A stretch of 63,539 nt of DNA, filler included, from 6 parts of 6 records of this genome joined end to end with filler, not necessarily neighbours in it; one strand, 5' to 3'; numbered from the whole stretch's first letter, positions 9,156 through 19,700 are shown. The notes: generated by a model not told the origin, from the letters alone. Translations and numbers: made by a program.

Positions 9156-10196
9156 ATGAACTACAAAACCCTGCTTATCCTTTCGCTCATCTTTTGTGCC
9201 TGTAGCACCGAAAGAAAACCTGAAATCACCAAAGAAAGGCTCACCAGTAATACCGGTTCCCTGCTTCAGGCCATCTCCATTTTGGATGAAAAGCGAGCCT
9301 GGGTGAGTGGCCATCAGGCAACATTCTGCCGCACGCTTGATGGAGGAAAAACGTGGAAAGTTTTCACACATCCATCTGACACTTTGCAGTTTCGGGATTT
9401 GCATGCCTTTGATGCGGATCATGTCGTGCTGATGAGTGCCGGGCCGGGCGCCAGTTCACGGATCATTCATTTTGATGCATCGAATTCCTCATTTACTGAA
9501 AGTTATGTGATGCCACACAAGGAGGGCTTTCTCAATACCATCGAGTTTTGGGACGATCAAAATGGTTTGGCCTTTGGCGACTCGTTTAACCAGCAACTTT
9601 TTGTGCTACGAACGCAAGACGGAGGACGAAGCTGGCAAAGAATCGACCCAAATAAACTTCCACAAGCCGGTGAAGGCGAAGGTGGTTTTGCAGCGAGTGG
9701 CACGTGCATAACTACCCTCAAAGGAGGAAATGCTTACATCGCTACGGGGGCTGGCGGACATTCACGCATTCTTATTACGCCCGACTATGGCGAAAGCTGG
9801 GAAACGGTCGAAAGCCCGCTACCCAAAGGAGATGCGGCGGGCATTTTTTCCATTCGCATGGTCAACGGCCAAATGGGGATGATCGCCGGGGGCGATCTGA
9901 ACCGGGCAGGAGAATACATGAACAATGTGGCTTTCACCACCAATTCGGGAAAGGTTTGGGCGTTGGCAAACCAGCCCATTACTACAGGGACGTTCTATGG
10001 CTCAGACCTAATCGAAACGAAAGATGGATTTCTTGCCATGGTTTGCGGCCCTGCCGGGGTAGATTATTCCTTTGATCTGGGAAAAAGCTGGGCGAATCTG
10101 GATACCTTGAACTACTGGTCAGTGGATCTGTATAACCAGCGTTTTGGTTATGCCGTGGGTACGGAAGGGAAGATTCTTAGAATCGAAATAAATTAA
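9156..10196 (+). CDS. YCF48/BNR-repeat beta-propeller lipoprotein
   Basis: Lipobox FCAC, Asp-box repeats (TLDGGKTW, TQDGGRSW, TPDYGESW, SFDLGKSW), FAASG motif. Confidence 0.88.
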   Translation: MNYKTLLILSLIFCACSTERKPEITKERLTSNTGSLLQAISILDEKRAWVSGHQATFCRTLDGGKTWKVFTHPSDTLQFRDLHAFDADHVVLMSAGPGASSRIIHFDASNSSFTESYVMPHKEGFLNTIEFWDDQNGLAFGDSFNQQLFVLRTQDGGRSWQRIDPNKLPQAGEGEGGFAASGTCITTLKGGNAYIATGAGGHSRILITPDYGESWETVESPLPKGDAAGIFSIRMVNGQMGMIAGGDLNRAGEYMNNVAFTTNSGKVWALANQPITTGTFYGSDLIETKDGFLAMVCGPAGVDYSFDLGKSWANLDTLNYWSVDLYNQRFGYAVGTEGKILRIEIN

Positions 10197-10285
10197 CAGC
10201 GATCGGGCAAAAGCATTGCTTATGTTACGCCATCATTAATTTTTGGTTTAAATTCGAGCAAATTTTTTAATCTAAAAAGTGAATC

Positions 10286-10744
10286 ATGATTGTAGTTGGA
10301 AGTCACGATGAATTCGAAACGTATGTAGGTAAAGAGCTTGGTCATTCTGAGTTTTTGCAGATATCCCAGGGTCAAATCAATCTGTTTGCTGATTCTACAC
10401 TGGATCATCAGTGGATTCACACCGACGAAGCTAAAGCGAAGGAGGGCCCATTTGGCACTACGATTGCGCATGGTTACCTGACCCTTTCTTTGGTTCCATA
10501 TCTTTGGGGACAAATACTGGAAGCCAAAAACCTGAAAATGATGATCAACTACGGCGTGAATGATCTGAAATTCGGAGCGCCAGTGCCTGTAGGTAGTGAG
10601 CTGAGATTACATGCCAAACTTGACAAGTTGACCAACCTGCGAGGCATCACCAAAGCTGAATTTGGAGCGAAAATGGAAATCAAAGGTAGTCCCAAACCCG
10701 CCTTCACCGCTACGTTGATCCTACTTTATCACTTCGGGGCTTAA
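10286..10744 (+). CDS. MaoC-family (hot-dog fold) dehydratase
   Basis: Hydratase motif FADSTLDHQWIHTD, then PFGTTIAHGYLTLSL and INYG. Confidence 0.93.
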   Translation: MIVVGSHDEFETYVGKELGHSEFLQISQGQINLFADSTLDHQWIHTDEAKAKEGPFGTTIAHGYLTLSLVPYLWGQILEAKNLKMMINYGVNDLKFGAPVPVGSELRLHAKLDKLTNLRGITKAEFGAKMEIKGSPKPAFTATLILLYHFGA

Positions 10745-10895
10745 GAAGCCTTTTTCTTATTGGAGTGCACTGGCCGGATTCTACCTGGATTATGATGGGA
10801 GTGTTTGGTCAGTATCTACGCGGATAAATTCTTAATTTATCAATTACAGGAAATTTGACCTGATTTATGTAATTTGATTACAATACCTACTTCAA

Positions 10896-12116
10896 ATGAC
10901 ATACTGGCCCGTGCTGACAAGACTAATTTGTCTATTTCTGCTTTCCATATCCTTCCGTTCCTACTCCCAAACCGAATATTTAGAGGGTTTTGTGATTTTT
11001 AATAACGGAGACAGTTTGAGAGGAGAAATCCAAAACCAAACCAATGTTGCTTTCGCAAAATACTGTCAATTTAAAAGTAAAGGTGACATCAAAAAATATA
11101 GTCCAGACGAGATAATAGGCTATGGAATTGCGCCCTCCAACCGTTTATTCAGGTCATTCACTGTGTCTATTGACACCCTTGAAAGAAGTGTGTTTCTGGA
11201 ATATTTGGTGGATGGAATTGCTGACTTATTTTATCTGAATTACGAAAACAAGGAGTATTACTACCTTCTTAAAAACGATCAACTTTTACCCCTACTGAAT
11301 CCTGTGAAGACAGTCCAAATCGAGGACTCGGAATACGGTACAAACAAACCCTATCAAGTAACTAAGGAGTTATATAAAGGCACCCTCAACTATGCATTTG
11401 AGAACCAAGTTTCGCCAAACTTGATTAATAGTGCCAGTTATAACCCTAAGTCGCTGATCAAGCTTACAACGACATACCATAACGCAGTTTGCGACTGGCA
11501 ATGTTCCGTCTATCGAAAAGATACTAAAAGACCAATAGCAATACTTCCCTATACTTCTATTGCTCAAAGCCAACTTCGATTCAGTTCAGAGCAAACAGGC
11601 CAGAGCAAGGATCTAAATATCAACACCGGAGTTTTGGTAAAAATCACTTCGTACAAATCTAATTTCATTTCAGTCTTAACTGGACTGGAGTATCGGACAA
11701 CCAACTTCAAAGGTAATTTCACCGGTAAGGTTCGATTTAGCACTGTTAATTCTGACAGTGTGGTCGTTTCCCAAAAAATAGTAGCCGTTCCACTGATGTT
11801 ACGATGGGAATTGATGAAAAAGCAAAAGCTTCAAGCATACATTAGTGCGGGCGTGTCAAACCAATTTGTTGTAAATGGTTCCTATTCCATACATGAAGAG
11901 TTTTATGCGGCGGAGTACAGGGACTATAGAAGTTTTCAATTGGGCTTCATTTTAAAGGCTGGTGTCACATATTGGCTCCCGAATGAACGCCTGGGATTTA
12001 ATTTAAATCCATATTTCGAAAGGACAACCATCCCTTTGAATTATGGAGCATATTTCGATCGAATTCGGTTTACGACCTATGGTGTTCAGGTAGGATTGGA
12101 AGTGAAGCTCAATTAA
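10896..12116 (+). CDS. Outer-membrane beta-barrel protein with soluble N-terminal domain (PorT-like barrel)
   Basis: Signal peptide, GFVIFNNGDSLRGEI and VFLEYLVDGIADLFY motifs, C-terminal beta strands (VAVPLMLRW, YGVQVGLEVKL). Confidence 0.75.
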   Translation: MTYWPVLTRLICLFLLSISFRSYSQTEYLEGFVIFNNGDSLRGEIQNQTNVAFAKYCQFKSKGDIKKYSPDEIIGYGIAPSNRLFRSFTVSIDTLERSVFLEYLVDGIADLFYLNYENKEYYYLLKNDQLLPLLNPVKTVQIEDSEYGTNKPYQVTKELYKGTLNYAFENQVSPNLINSASYNPKSLIKLTTTYHNAVCDWQCSVYRKDTKRPIAILPYTSIAQSQLRFSSEQTGQSKDLNINTGVLVKITSYKSNFISVLTGLEYRTTNFKGNFTGKVRFSTVNSDSVVVSQKIVAVPLMLRWELMKKQKLQAYISAGVSNQFVVNGSYSIHEEFYAAEYRDYRSFQLGFILKAGVTYWLPNERLGFNLNPYFERTTIPLNYGAYFDRIRFTTYGVQVGLEVKLN

Positions 12117-12137
12117 AATCCTATTTAACACTTTAGT

Positions 12138-12161
12138 ACTCGCGGGTCTACCCGAGTGAGC
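12138..12161. repeat. REP-like hairpin, left copy
   Basis: ACTCGCGGGTCTACCCGAGTGAGC. Both ends are the reverse complement of the ends of 12892-12921. Confidence 0.5.
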
Positions 12162-12201
12162 GCTATGTGATTCCACCAATGCCGCTTACGAATGTTGTTT
12201 C

Positions 12202-12546
12202 TTACCCCCCCACCTTTTCAAACTTCGCTAGCTTCAGTTTTGCCTTGATGTTCTTGTTTGGTAGAAAGGTCATTTTCACGCTGGTGATGTCGCGTTTGGG
12301 TACCTCTTCTGGTAGCTCCTTACCTACTCCCGATACGTGAAGGCTGAAAACACCCAAGCCATCGAGCTTCACATTGTAACCGTCCTGGAGCAGCTCCGGC
12401 ACCAGCTCGATGAGCGACTGCACCACACCTACCACGTCGGCAGCATTGAAAGTGGAGCGCTGACTAATTGTCTTACAAATTGCCCTCAAATCAACCGTCC
12501 GTCTGTCGGTGAGCATCGGGTAATAACGGGGTGTGTTTTTCTCTGT
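12202..12546 (-). pseudogene. HU-HIG-type (Bacteroidota HU/IHF-like) DNA-binding protein, apparently lacking its native 5' end; may be translated from ATG 12516
   Basis: TVDLRAICKTISQRSTFNAADVVGVV..LQDGYNVKLDGLGVFSL..FLP is typical of this family. Family-like residues TEKNTPRYYP continue upstream of the ATG to an in-frame TAA at 12547-12549. Confidence 0.7.
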
Positions 12547-12612
12547 TTACCTGTGCTTCTTGTCCCGAAGTGCTGTCGTGTTTCTTCTAACAACGTGTCA
12601 GTTTTATATTTA

Positions 12613-12710
12613 GATACGTATCTTTTTATGTTTTGATAGCTAACTAAATATATTCTAATAGGTATCATTTTAAGTTTAGATAGGTATCTAAATTAATTTC
12701 AATACCTATC
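12613..12710. repeat. Array of five near-palindromic 10-bp cores at exact 22-bp period
   Basis: GATACGTATC (12613), GATAGCTAAC (12635), AATAGGTATC (12657), GATAGGTATC (12679), AATACCTATC (12701), separated by 12-bp AT-rich spacers. Confidence 0.85.
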
Positions 12711-12891
12711 CTTTTATAATAAGCACACTACATTTCTGCTATTTAGTAGTGAGGAGTAGCGTAAGGACACGTGTGTTAAAGGAGAATTTCTCTTGTAAAG
12801 AAATGCCCAGCCACGAGAGAAAAGGAGAATATGATTCTTGTAAATGGTCGGGGGAGTGATTGCGTTCAGGCAACATGCCTTTGTTTATAAG

Positions 12892-12921
12892 GCTCACTCG
12901 GCCACAGAAAACCGAGCGAGT
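12892..12921. repeat. REP-like hairpin, right copy (may also act as terminator of the SusC/D operon)
   Basis: GCTCACTCGG-CCACAGAAAA-CCGAGCGAGT stem-loop 21 bp past the DUF4302 stop. Confidence 0.55.
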
Positions 12922-12942
12922 GGTTTCAATCAGAAAAACAGC

Positions 12943-14325
12943 TTAAAAAAGAAAAACCTTGTATTGATTGCAGGGATTGAAAATCTCGAATAAACCTTCA
13001 ATAGAAAGTACTTCAAGTGCATAAAGCTCCCCTCCGGAGAAGATCTCATCGGTCAAAGCCTTTAAGTCATCTTCCTGAGTAGTGACCGTTTCCCGGGTGA
13101 TGAGCGTGTTGTCGGTGAGCTGTAGCTGGATGTAATTTCCCACCTGAACGGTAGTTATTTCCCGAAGGTACAATTCAAGCTTGTTGTTTTCAATGGTAGC
13201 CCAGCCGACGGCCTCAACCGGCTCATCGAAACCAATAGGAGTGGCCTTATGAAACCAGACAAAGGCGAAAACCCCGGGAAATTTATCTTCTACACTGTCT
13301 ACCAGCGAACTGTCATTTTCATCATAAATGAAGGGGTAATTGATTTGGTATACTTCGTTTTCTACGTCCAGAAAATCCGAATGGCTTGCCAGCAAGGAGC
13401 TGGTCACGGTCAGGTTGCCAATGTCCGGCAAAGTGCTGTTGAAACGAGAAATATTGCTGAATGTGTTGCCACAAAAGTCCTGGCTCAGGGTTTGAAAATT
13501 GTCAAGAGGAAGGCTTGAAAGTGAATAGGATTTCCCGCCGAGGCTAAAATCAATGGGGTCGGTGAAGACGATTGCCCCGCTGCGAATAGAGAATGGGCGT
13601 TCCTGATTGATGGACACGCTCTGGGTGCTGTTGATGATTTCGTCGCGCGTGTTACCCAAAGTGGCGCCATGGGCCTTTATCCTTCGCACGTCCAGATCCA
13701 TGGTCATAAACAAAGACACATTGTCGTTTTCCAAATACACCTGATACTGAACCAGAATGCCCACACCGGCCAGGTTTTTGGATTGAAAGCTTCCTTCGCC
13801 CAATTGCGTAATCAATTCGCTGGACAATAGTGCAAAGTCCTGAGTGGTTGCCGGCTCCATGGTCATAACCGTAGCTGCTCCACCATCCGATTTACTCTCG
13901 AAGAGAAGGTTTTCTCCTTGTTTCCCCCGGTAATAGTATTCAAACTCCGCCCCGAAGGTGGATTGGTTTTTCTCAAACAAATAATGAAAGACGCCATAGG
14001 TATTGAAGATGAGTTCCACACCCAGTGCGTAATCAATGTGGTAAGAGATCGTATGGTCCAGGTATTTTCCGTCTTCATCGGGCACATCAGACCGGATGTT
14101 TACATTGCCTTTGTCGTCAAATTTTAAAAAAAGAAGGAAGGTTCCTGTTGCGTTAGTCGGCTCGTATTCCACTTTCCAGCCATTCGCCGGGGCGGTCAGT
14201 TCATCGATGAGCGCCTTGGTAGCTTCATTCACCCGATCTTCTGCACTTGGCAAATCGCGATCGGTTTCGTTGCAGGAAGCAAAGAGAAGAAGCGCCAAAA
14301 AAACCAAACCACCTATTTTTTTCAT
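12943..14325 (-). CDS. DUF4302-domain lipoprotein
   Basis: Lipobox FASC, SAEDRVNE, ELTAPANGWKVEYEP, LIFNTY, GAEFEY. Position downstream of SusC/SusD/metallopeptidase fits the family. Confidence 0.8.
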   Translation of the reverse strand: MKKIGGLVFLALLLFASCNETDRDLPSAEDRVNEATKALIDELTAPANGWKVEYEPTNATGTFLLFLKFDDKGNVNIRSDVPDEDGKYLDHTISYHIDYALGVELIFNTYGVFHYLFEKNQSTFGAEFEYYYRGKQGENLLFESKSDGGAATVMTMEPATTQDFALLSSELITQLGEGSFQSKNLAGVGILVQYQVYLENDNVSLFMTMDLDVRRIKAHGATLGNTRDEIINSTQSVSINQERPFSIRSGAIVFTDPIDFSLGGKSYSLSSLPLDNFQTLSQDFCGNTFSNISRFNSTLPDIGNLTVTSSLLASHSDFLDVENEVYQINYPFIYDENDSSLVDSVEDKFPGVFAFVWFHKATPIGFDEPVEAVGWATIENNKLELYLREITTVQVGNYIQLQLTDNTLITRETVTTQEDDLKALTDEIFSGGELYALEVLSIEGLFEIFNPCNQYKVFLF

Positions 14326-15210
14326 CTACTCTTCCAGTTTTGATTGAGTTGCTTCACGCAATTTGGCCAGGTTAATGCCTGTCACTTTTTCATAGTGGGA
14401 GGCAATGGAAGCCACTTTCTGTCTCAGCTTTTCCCGTCCTTCGTTTCGTTTTTCACAGGCTGCATCCTGGCAGTCCACTTCATCGATGGTATAGTTTTCC
14501 GAAAACTCCTTGTCATAAAGATAGAAGGCGACTGTTTCGGCAAAGTCTTCGTTGGGCGAGCTGGTGGCGTACGGCGATACAAAACCGCGTTGCAACGCTT
14601 CTTCTTCGGTTAGGTTGTACCACGATCCGGCGCTGGAATAGCCTGTAGGCGAAATGGTTTCGAAGGCCGTTGGCAACTTGAATTTCTGATGCACGAAATG
14701 CGCAAACTCATGGTAGACCGTGTTCAGTTGGAGTTGCAACCACTCCTGGTCGTTTGGATCGATGGAATTCACATTGGTAAAGGTGATCTGCGCCCCGGCA
14801 TCAGCTGTTCCCAGCGTGACCGTTCCATCGGGGTTATAGATGTATCCTCCAAGGAAAACCAGTTCTGCGGGTGCGTTCCCCCGGAAGAAGTCTTCTCCAT
14901 TTTCTACTTCCAGGTAGGGGTTGATCCAATGTTTTTCGATGAAATCAAGCATCGGCCGCACTACCGCAATGCTTGGAGGCGCCACACGCTCACCGTAATC
15001 CACAAAATTGTCGCTGTAGCGGTAGCGAACGGCTATTCCAAATTCCTTGGTGAAATTGTCCTCAATGTATTGATCCAATTCGTTGAGTTCTATGTCGTTT
15101 TCGCGCTCCTCTACATTGAGTTTTTCACTTGGATAGCAGGAAACCATCAGGATAGCGATCCACGCAAACGTGAGCTTTGTTTTTAAGAAATAAGATCCTT
15201 TCATTTTCAT
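14326..15210 (-). CDS. Substrate-import-associated zinc metallohydrolase lipoprotein (Peptidase_Mx1-like)
   Basis: Lipobox MVSC, LGTADAG, HEFAH (HExxH), GFVSPYA..NEDFAET. Confidence 0.9.
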   Translation of the reverse strand: MKMKGSYFLKTKLTFAWIAILMVSCYPSEKLNVEERENDIELNELDQYIEDNFTKEFGIAVRYRYSDNFVDYGERVAPPSIAVVRPMLDFIEKHWINPYLEVENGEDFFRGNAPAELVFLGGYIYNPDGTVTLGTADAGAQITFTNVNSIDPNDQEWLQLQLNTVYHEFAHFVHQKFKLPTAFETISPTGYSSAGSWYNLTEEEALQRGFVSPYATSSPNEDFAETVAFYLYDKEFSENYTIDEVDCQDAACEKRNEGREKLRQKVASIASHYEKVTGINLAKLREATQSKLEE

Positions 15211-16718
15211 CTTGGATTGGGTTCTAAGCCTCCTACTTCTACTGCCGATTCAGGAATTTGCATCACCCATCGAGGGTCATCTGCCTCCAGCGTAATAATG
15301 CCTCCGCCGGGAAGGTCATGATCCATGGGAATCTGGTAGCGTTTCATATCGAACCAACGCTGGCCCTGAATGATAAATTCTTTTCTCTTTTCCAGAAACA
15401 AAAAATTGAGCAGCACCAAAAAGTCCGTGAAACCGGGATCGCCGCTTGGGTTCATAAATTGTTGCAGGCTTTCCATAGTTGCCGTTACATTGTCGCCGCT
15501 GTAGCGTCTTTTGAACAACACATTGAGGTCGGCGATTGCCTTGTCATTGTTCCCAAAAAGAATGTTGCACTCGATCCGGTTGAAGAGCACTTCTTCACCA
15601 CGAAACAGCAAGGCGATGTGGTATGGGAAGCCCACGTTGGAGTTGAGGCTGTTTCGCTGAAAGAGGCTTTGGTAACGCACCGGGAGCAGTCCATTGTCTC
15701 CTTTGATGAAGGCCGGGTTTTCGCGCTCGTCCGTAGCGTCACTAAACGGGGACTCACCGAACAAACTGTTGTAGAAATTACTGGTGGGCGCATGACCGAA
15801 ATCGGTTCGCTGAACCAAGGAAATTTTGCGTGCAAGCAGGATATTGCTCGGCAGGTCAGGTGATGAGTACAACTGCGGGAAACCGGTAATCGACGATTTG
15901 GCATTCTGAAACTCATCGGAGGTCATGTCGCGCACGAAGGACTCTGGATTGCTGCCCAGGAGCTCGTCGCAATAGCTCAGACATCTGACGTAATCACCTT
16001 TATAGAGATAAAATCTGGAAGCGAACGCGAGAGCTGCATTTCTGGTAAAATGGTATTTCCCCGAGTTGGAGTAATAATTATCACTCACCAGCTCCAAGCC
16101 ATCTTCCAGATCGTCTTCTACTTCCTGGTAGACCTTCCGTACGCTTGCACGTTCGTATTTTCCGATAAAAACCGTTTCCGGCACCTTGATGTAAGGCACC
16201 CCCAGGTCATCGCCGGCGGTTTCCCTGTCGTAATGCTTCGCAAACATATTCACGAGCATAAAATGTCCGTAGGCACGAATCAATTTGGCCTCTCCTTCGA
16301 TTGCATCCCTTCGTGCTTCGTCTTCTTCCGATTCAATGGGAAGATCGTCCAGGACAGCAAGTACTTCATTGGCATGGGCGATGGCATTGTAGGTTTCATA
16401 CCAGTAAAACTCCGGCGTGTCCTGCTCGTCAGGGCCGGTATTCACATCTTCCCAGAGGTACATTTGCTCATGCGCCGGGCGAATGGTTACGCCCGTGGTA
16501 AATTGCACATCGTCCGTCATCCAGTCCGTAAATGCCGGACTTGCGATGGAGTAGCCGTTGGTGAGCAATTGAGCAGCCTTATCCAGGTTATCAAGTTCCA
16601 CCCGGTTGTCTGGCACTTCATCGAGAAACTGATTGCACGAAAGCAGGAATAGCGGAAAAAGGAATTTCAGCTTTTTACTCCACGGCTTGTAGCTTCTATG
16701 TTTTTTTATCCTTTTCAT
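15207..16718 (-). CDS. SusD/RagB-family nutrient-binding lipoprotein
   Basis: LLSCNQFLDEVPDNR, GEAKLIRAYGHFMLVNMF, LGVPY, FASRFYLY, EKRKEFIIQGQRWFDMKR, C-terminal NPR. Confidence 0.95.
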   Translation of the reverse strand: MKRIKKHRSYKPWSKKLKFLFPLFLLSCNQFLDEVPDNRVELDNLDKAAQLLTNGYSIASPAFTDWMTDDVQFTTGVTIRPAHEQMYLWEDVNTGPDEQDTPEFYWYETYNAIAHANEVLAVLDDLPIESEEDEARRDAIEGEAKLIRAYGHFMLVNMFAKHYDRETAGDDLGVPYIKVPETVFIGKYERASVRKVYQEVEDDLEDGLELVSDNYYSNSGKYHFTRNAALAFASRFYLYKGDYVRCLSYCDELLGSNPESFVRDMTSDEFQNAKSSITGFPQLYSSPDLPSNILLARKISLVQRTDFGHAPTSNFYNSLFGESPFSDATDERENPAFIKGDNGLLPVRYQSLFQRNSLNSNVGFPYHIALLFRGEEVLFNRIECNILFGNNDKAIADLNVLFKRRYSGDNVTATMESLQQFMNPSGDPGFTDFLVLLNFLFLEKRKEFIIQGQRWFDMKRYQIPMDHDLPGGGIITLEADDPRWVMQIPESAVEVGGLEPNPR

Positions 16719-19700
16719 AAGCCAACATTTAAAGAAAAGGTGATCATCTTAGGCTGTGGTAAGGCCACTCCCCCGGAGCTGAAAAATTCAGGGTCTTGTC
16801 CCTGCAATTTATCATCAACAAAAAGCAGGGCCAGGTTTTGACCCTCCAAAGCCACGGAGGCAGAGCCTATCCCCATTCGGGAAATGAATGTGGCCGGTAG
16901 GTTGTAACCCAGCCTGACCGATCTCAGGCGGGCATAATCGCCACGTGCCACACGCTCGGTGCTTTTGTTGTAGAGCTGATACGCCAACGAAACGTCTCCA
17001 TTTGATTGTGCCAAACCGCGCTCCAAAATGGCGGGAATACTCGTAAGGTCTTCATCGCCCGGCACGACCCATCGGTTAATCAAATCTCCCGGGAGTGCGT
17101 CAAAATCGGTGTAACTGGAGTAATAGGCATCATTGAGACGGATTTTATAGTCGAATTTGAATGAAACCAAGACACTCAAACTGAAGTTTTTGTAACTCAG
17201 TGAATTGCTAATACCACCGGCTCCCCTTGGTTCTGTGGGGCCTTCGTATTTCAATATTTTTGTCAGATTATCGCGATCCTGTAAATCATATTGGAAAACA
17301 ATCTCATCGTCTACATCATAGAAGGTGGGAAGGCCCGATTCATTCAGACCAGCAAAGCGTGTTGAAAACAATCCTCGTCTCGGGCCACCGAGCACGGCAG
17401 CTCCATTTTGGCCGATGGCATCTGTAAGTCTTGGCCCGTAATCCAATCGGGTAATTTTATCTATGGAATAGCCCATGTTGATACCTGTGGTCCATTTCAA
17501 CGGTCGGGATGGAAGATTGTCTGTCGACAATGTCACCTCAAAGCCATTGATGACCATATCGGCGAAGTTTCCAACTTTCAGGCCTTGCCCACCAACACCA
17601 CTGGTTTGCACGGTTCCTATCAGGTCAAAAGCCTTTCGTTGATAGTAGTTTACCGAACCGCCCACGATTCCCTTAAACAAGGAAAAGTCAGCTCCCACAT
17701 TCAATTCTTTCAATTTTTCCCAGGTCAGCTCCGTGTTGGTCAAATCTGAAATGTAGATGTAGGGTTCCACATCGGATGGGCGGATGGTAACATCGGATTG
17801 CAGGTTGAGCAGGGCACTGGCATTTGGTGGTAAATTTCCTGAGATGCCATAAGTGGCCCGAATTTTCAGATCATCTAAGAAAGAAAGATTGATGAAGGAT
17901 TCGTTGGTTACGTTCCATGCCCCACTCACGTTCCAGGTGGGTAAATAACGCGCCTGTTTGCTTCGCCCCAATTGATTGGAACCATCGTAGCGCACGGTAA
18001 AGTTGGCAATGTATTTCTGTTTGTAAGCATAACCACCGTTTAGGAAAGAACCTAAAAAACGATCCTGCTCGTGATTCAGAGAATAATAATCGATGTTTTG
18101 CAAATTGAAGAATTCAATGATATTGGGGTCGGTCACAACAATTCCGCCACTGCCATAGATCACACCCATTCCTGTGGTACTTGTTGAAGTTCTATCCGTG
18201 AAGCGTACCTCCTGACCTGCCAACACATTCACTTCGTGATGTGTGTTGAAGGTGCGTGACCAATTGGCGCTAATACGCGCGAAAAAGTTTAATAGATCTG
18301 ATTGATCCAGATAATTAAATCCTCCCTGCGGGAGAACAACCACTGGATTCAAGCCGGGGTTGTCCGGATCCTGAAAAAGAAAATTGTTTGCATCCTGAAT
18401 AAACTGCGTGCCATTCGCACGATAAGCTTCGGCCTGATTGGAATTTTCATGCACAGTATGATCCTGCCGAGTGGTCGCGTACCGCGCCTGAAAGACACCA
18501 TTTACACTGATGTTTTTGGTGGGCGTTACGTCAAAATTGGTCTGTGCTGAAATGTCAGAAACTGTGATGTCGATGTAATTCAACTTTAGTTCATCGATGA
18601 TATTGAAGGGTGCATAGTTTCGTCGGAAATATTCCGGGCTGCCATCATCATCGAAAGGCCGAATGGAGCGGGCTGTATTCAGTGAATAGCTATAGGGGTT
18701 AATATCAAATCCCCGGCTGAAACGGCCTGTGATCGGATCGAATTCCCTGTTACGTGTACCGGGCACGGTTTGATCCCGGTAACTGGCAGTGAGTTTAAGG
18801 CCGAAAGAAAATTTTTCAGAAATAAAGTAGGTGTTTCGAGCCGTACCGGTGACGCGCTGCACATGATCAGCGATGGTTTGGCCTTCGTCATTGAGGAAGC
18901 TAATGGAATAGTAGCTATTTGATTTTTCACTACCCGCGGTAAAGCTGAGTGAATGCTGCTGCTGCAGTGCAAAATCATTGAAAAGCACGTCAAACCAGTC
19001 GGTGTTGGCATTTTCGTATTTGTTTAGGAATTCCTCATTGAGGGTACCGCCCTTTCCCCAATCCAGTTCGTGGCTGGCAATCAGGCTATACATCTTGCCC
19101 ATGGCCCCATAGTTTTGAGCCCGAACGGAGGTGCTGATATCTATCAGGCCCTTTTGTTGCATTTCGCGATAGACCTGCATTTCCTGCGCGGAATTCAAAA
19201 TGTCAAATTGATTGTAGGTAGGGCGCAGCATGACGGAATAGTTCCCTGAGTAATTCACGCGGAGTTTTCCACTTTTCCCTTTTTTGGTGGTGATCACAAA
19301 AACGCCATTGGCTGCACGAGCTCCGTAAATGGCCGTGGCAGAAGCATCTTTTAAGATTTCTGTTGATTCAATGTCGTTGGCATTGAGACCGGCGATGGAG
19401 GAGCTGGTCAGGGTATTCGCATTCCCTGAGATAAAGTCGTCGATGTTTACGTTGCTGAGGTTTTCCAGGATCACACCATCCACCACAATGAGTGGTTGAT
19501 TGTCACCGTTGATGGAGGCATTGCCCCGGATACGAATCTTGGGGGCTGCTCCAAAAGTTCCCGACACATTGTCCACGGTAACCCCGGCGGAGCGGCCTTC
19601 GAGCATCCGGCTCACATCTGTCGCCCCGGCCAGACTGATCTCGTCCATTTTCAGGCTTTCGGATGCTCCGGTGAAGAGCTTGCGATCCAGTTCCTGAAAG

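Noticed and set aside
12613-12710. 22-bp array as a mini-CRISPR
   Set aside because: Cores of 10 bp and spacers of 12 bp are far too short, the spacers resemble each other, and no cas genes are present.
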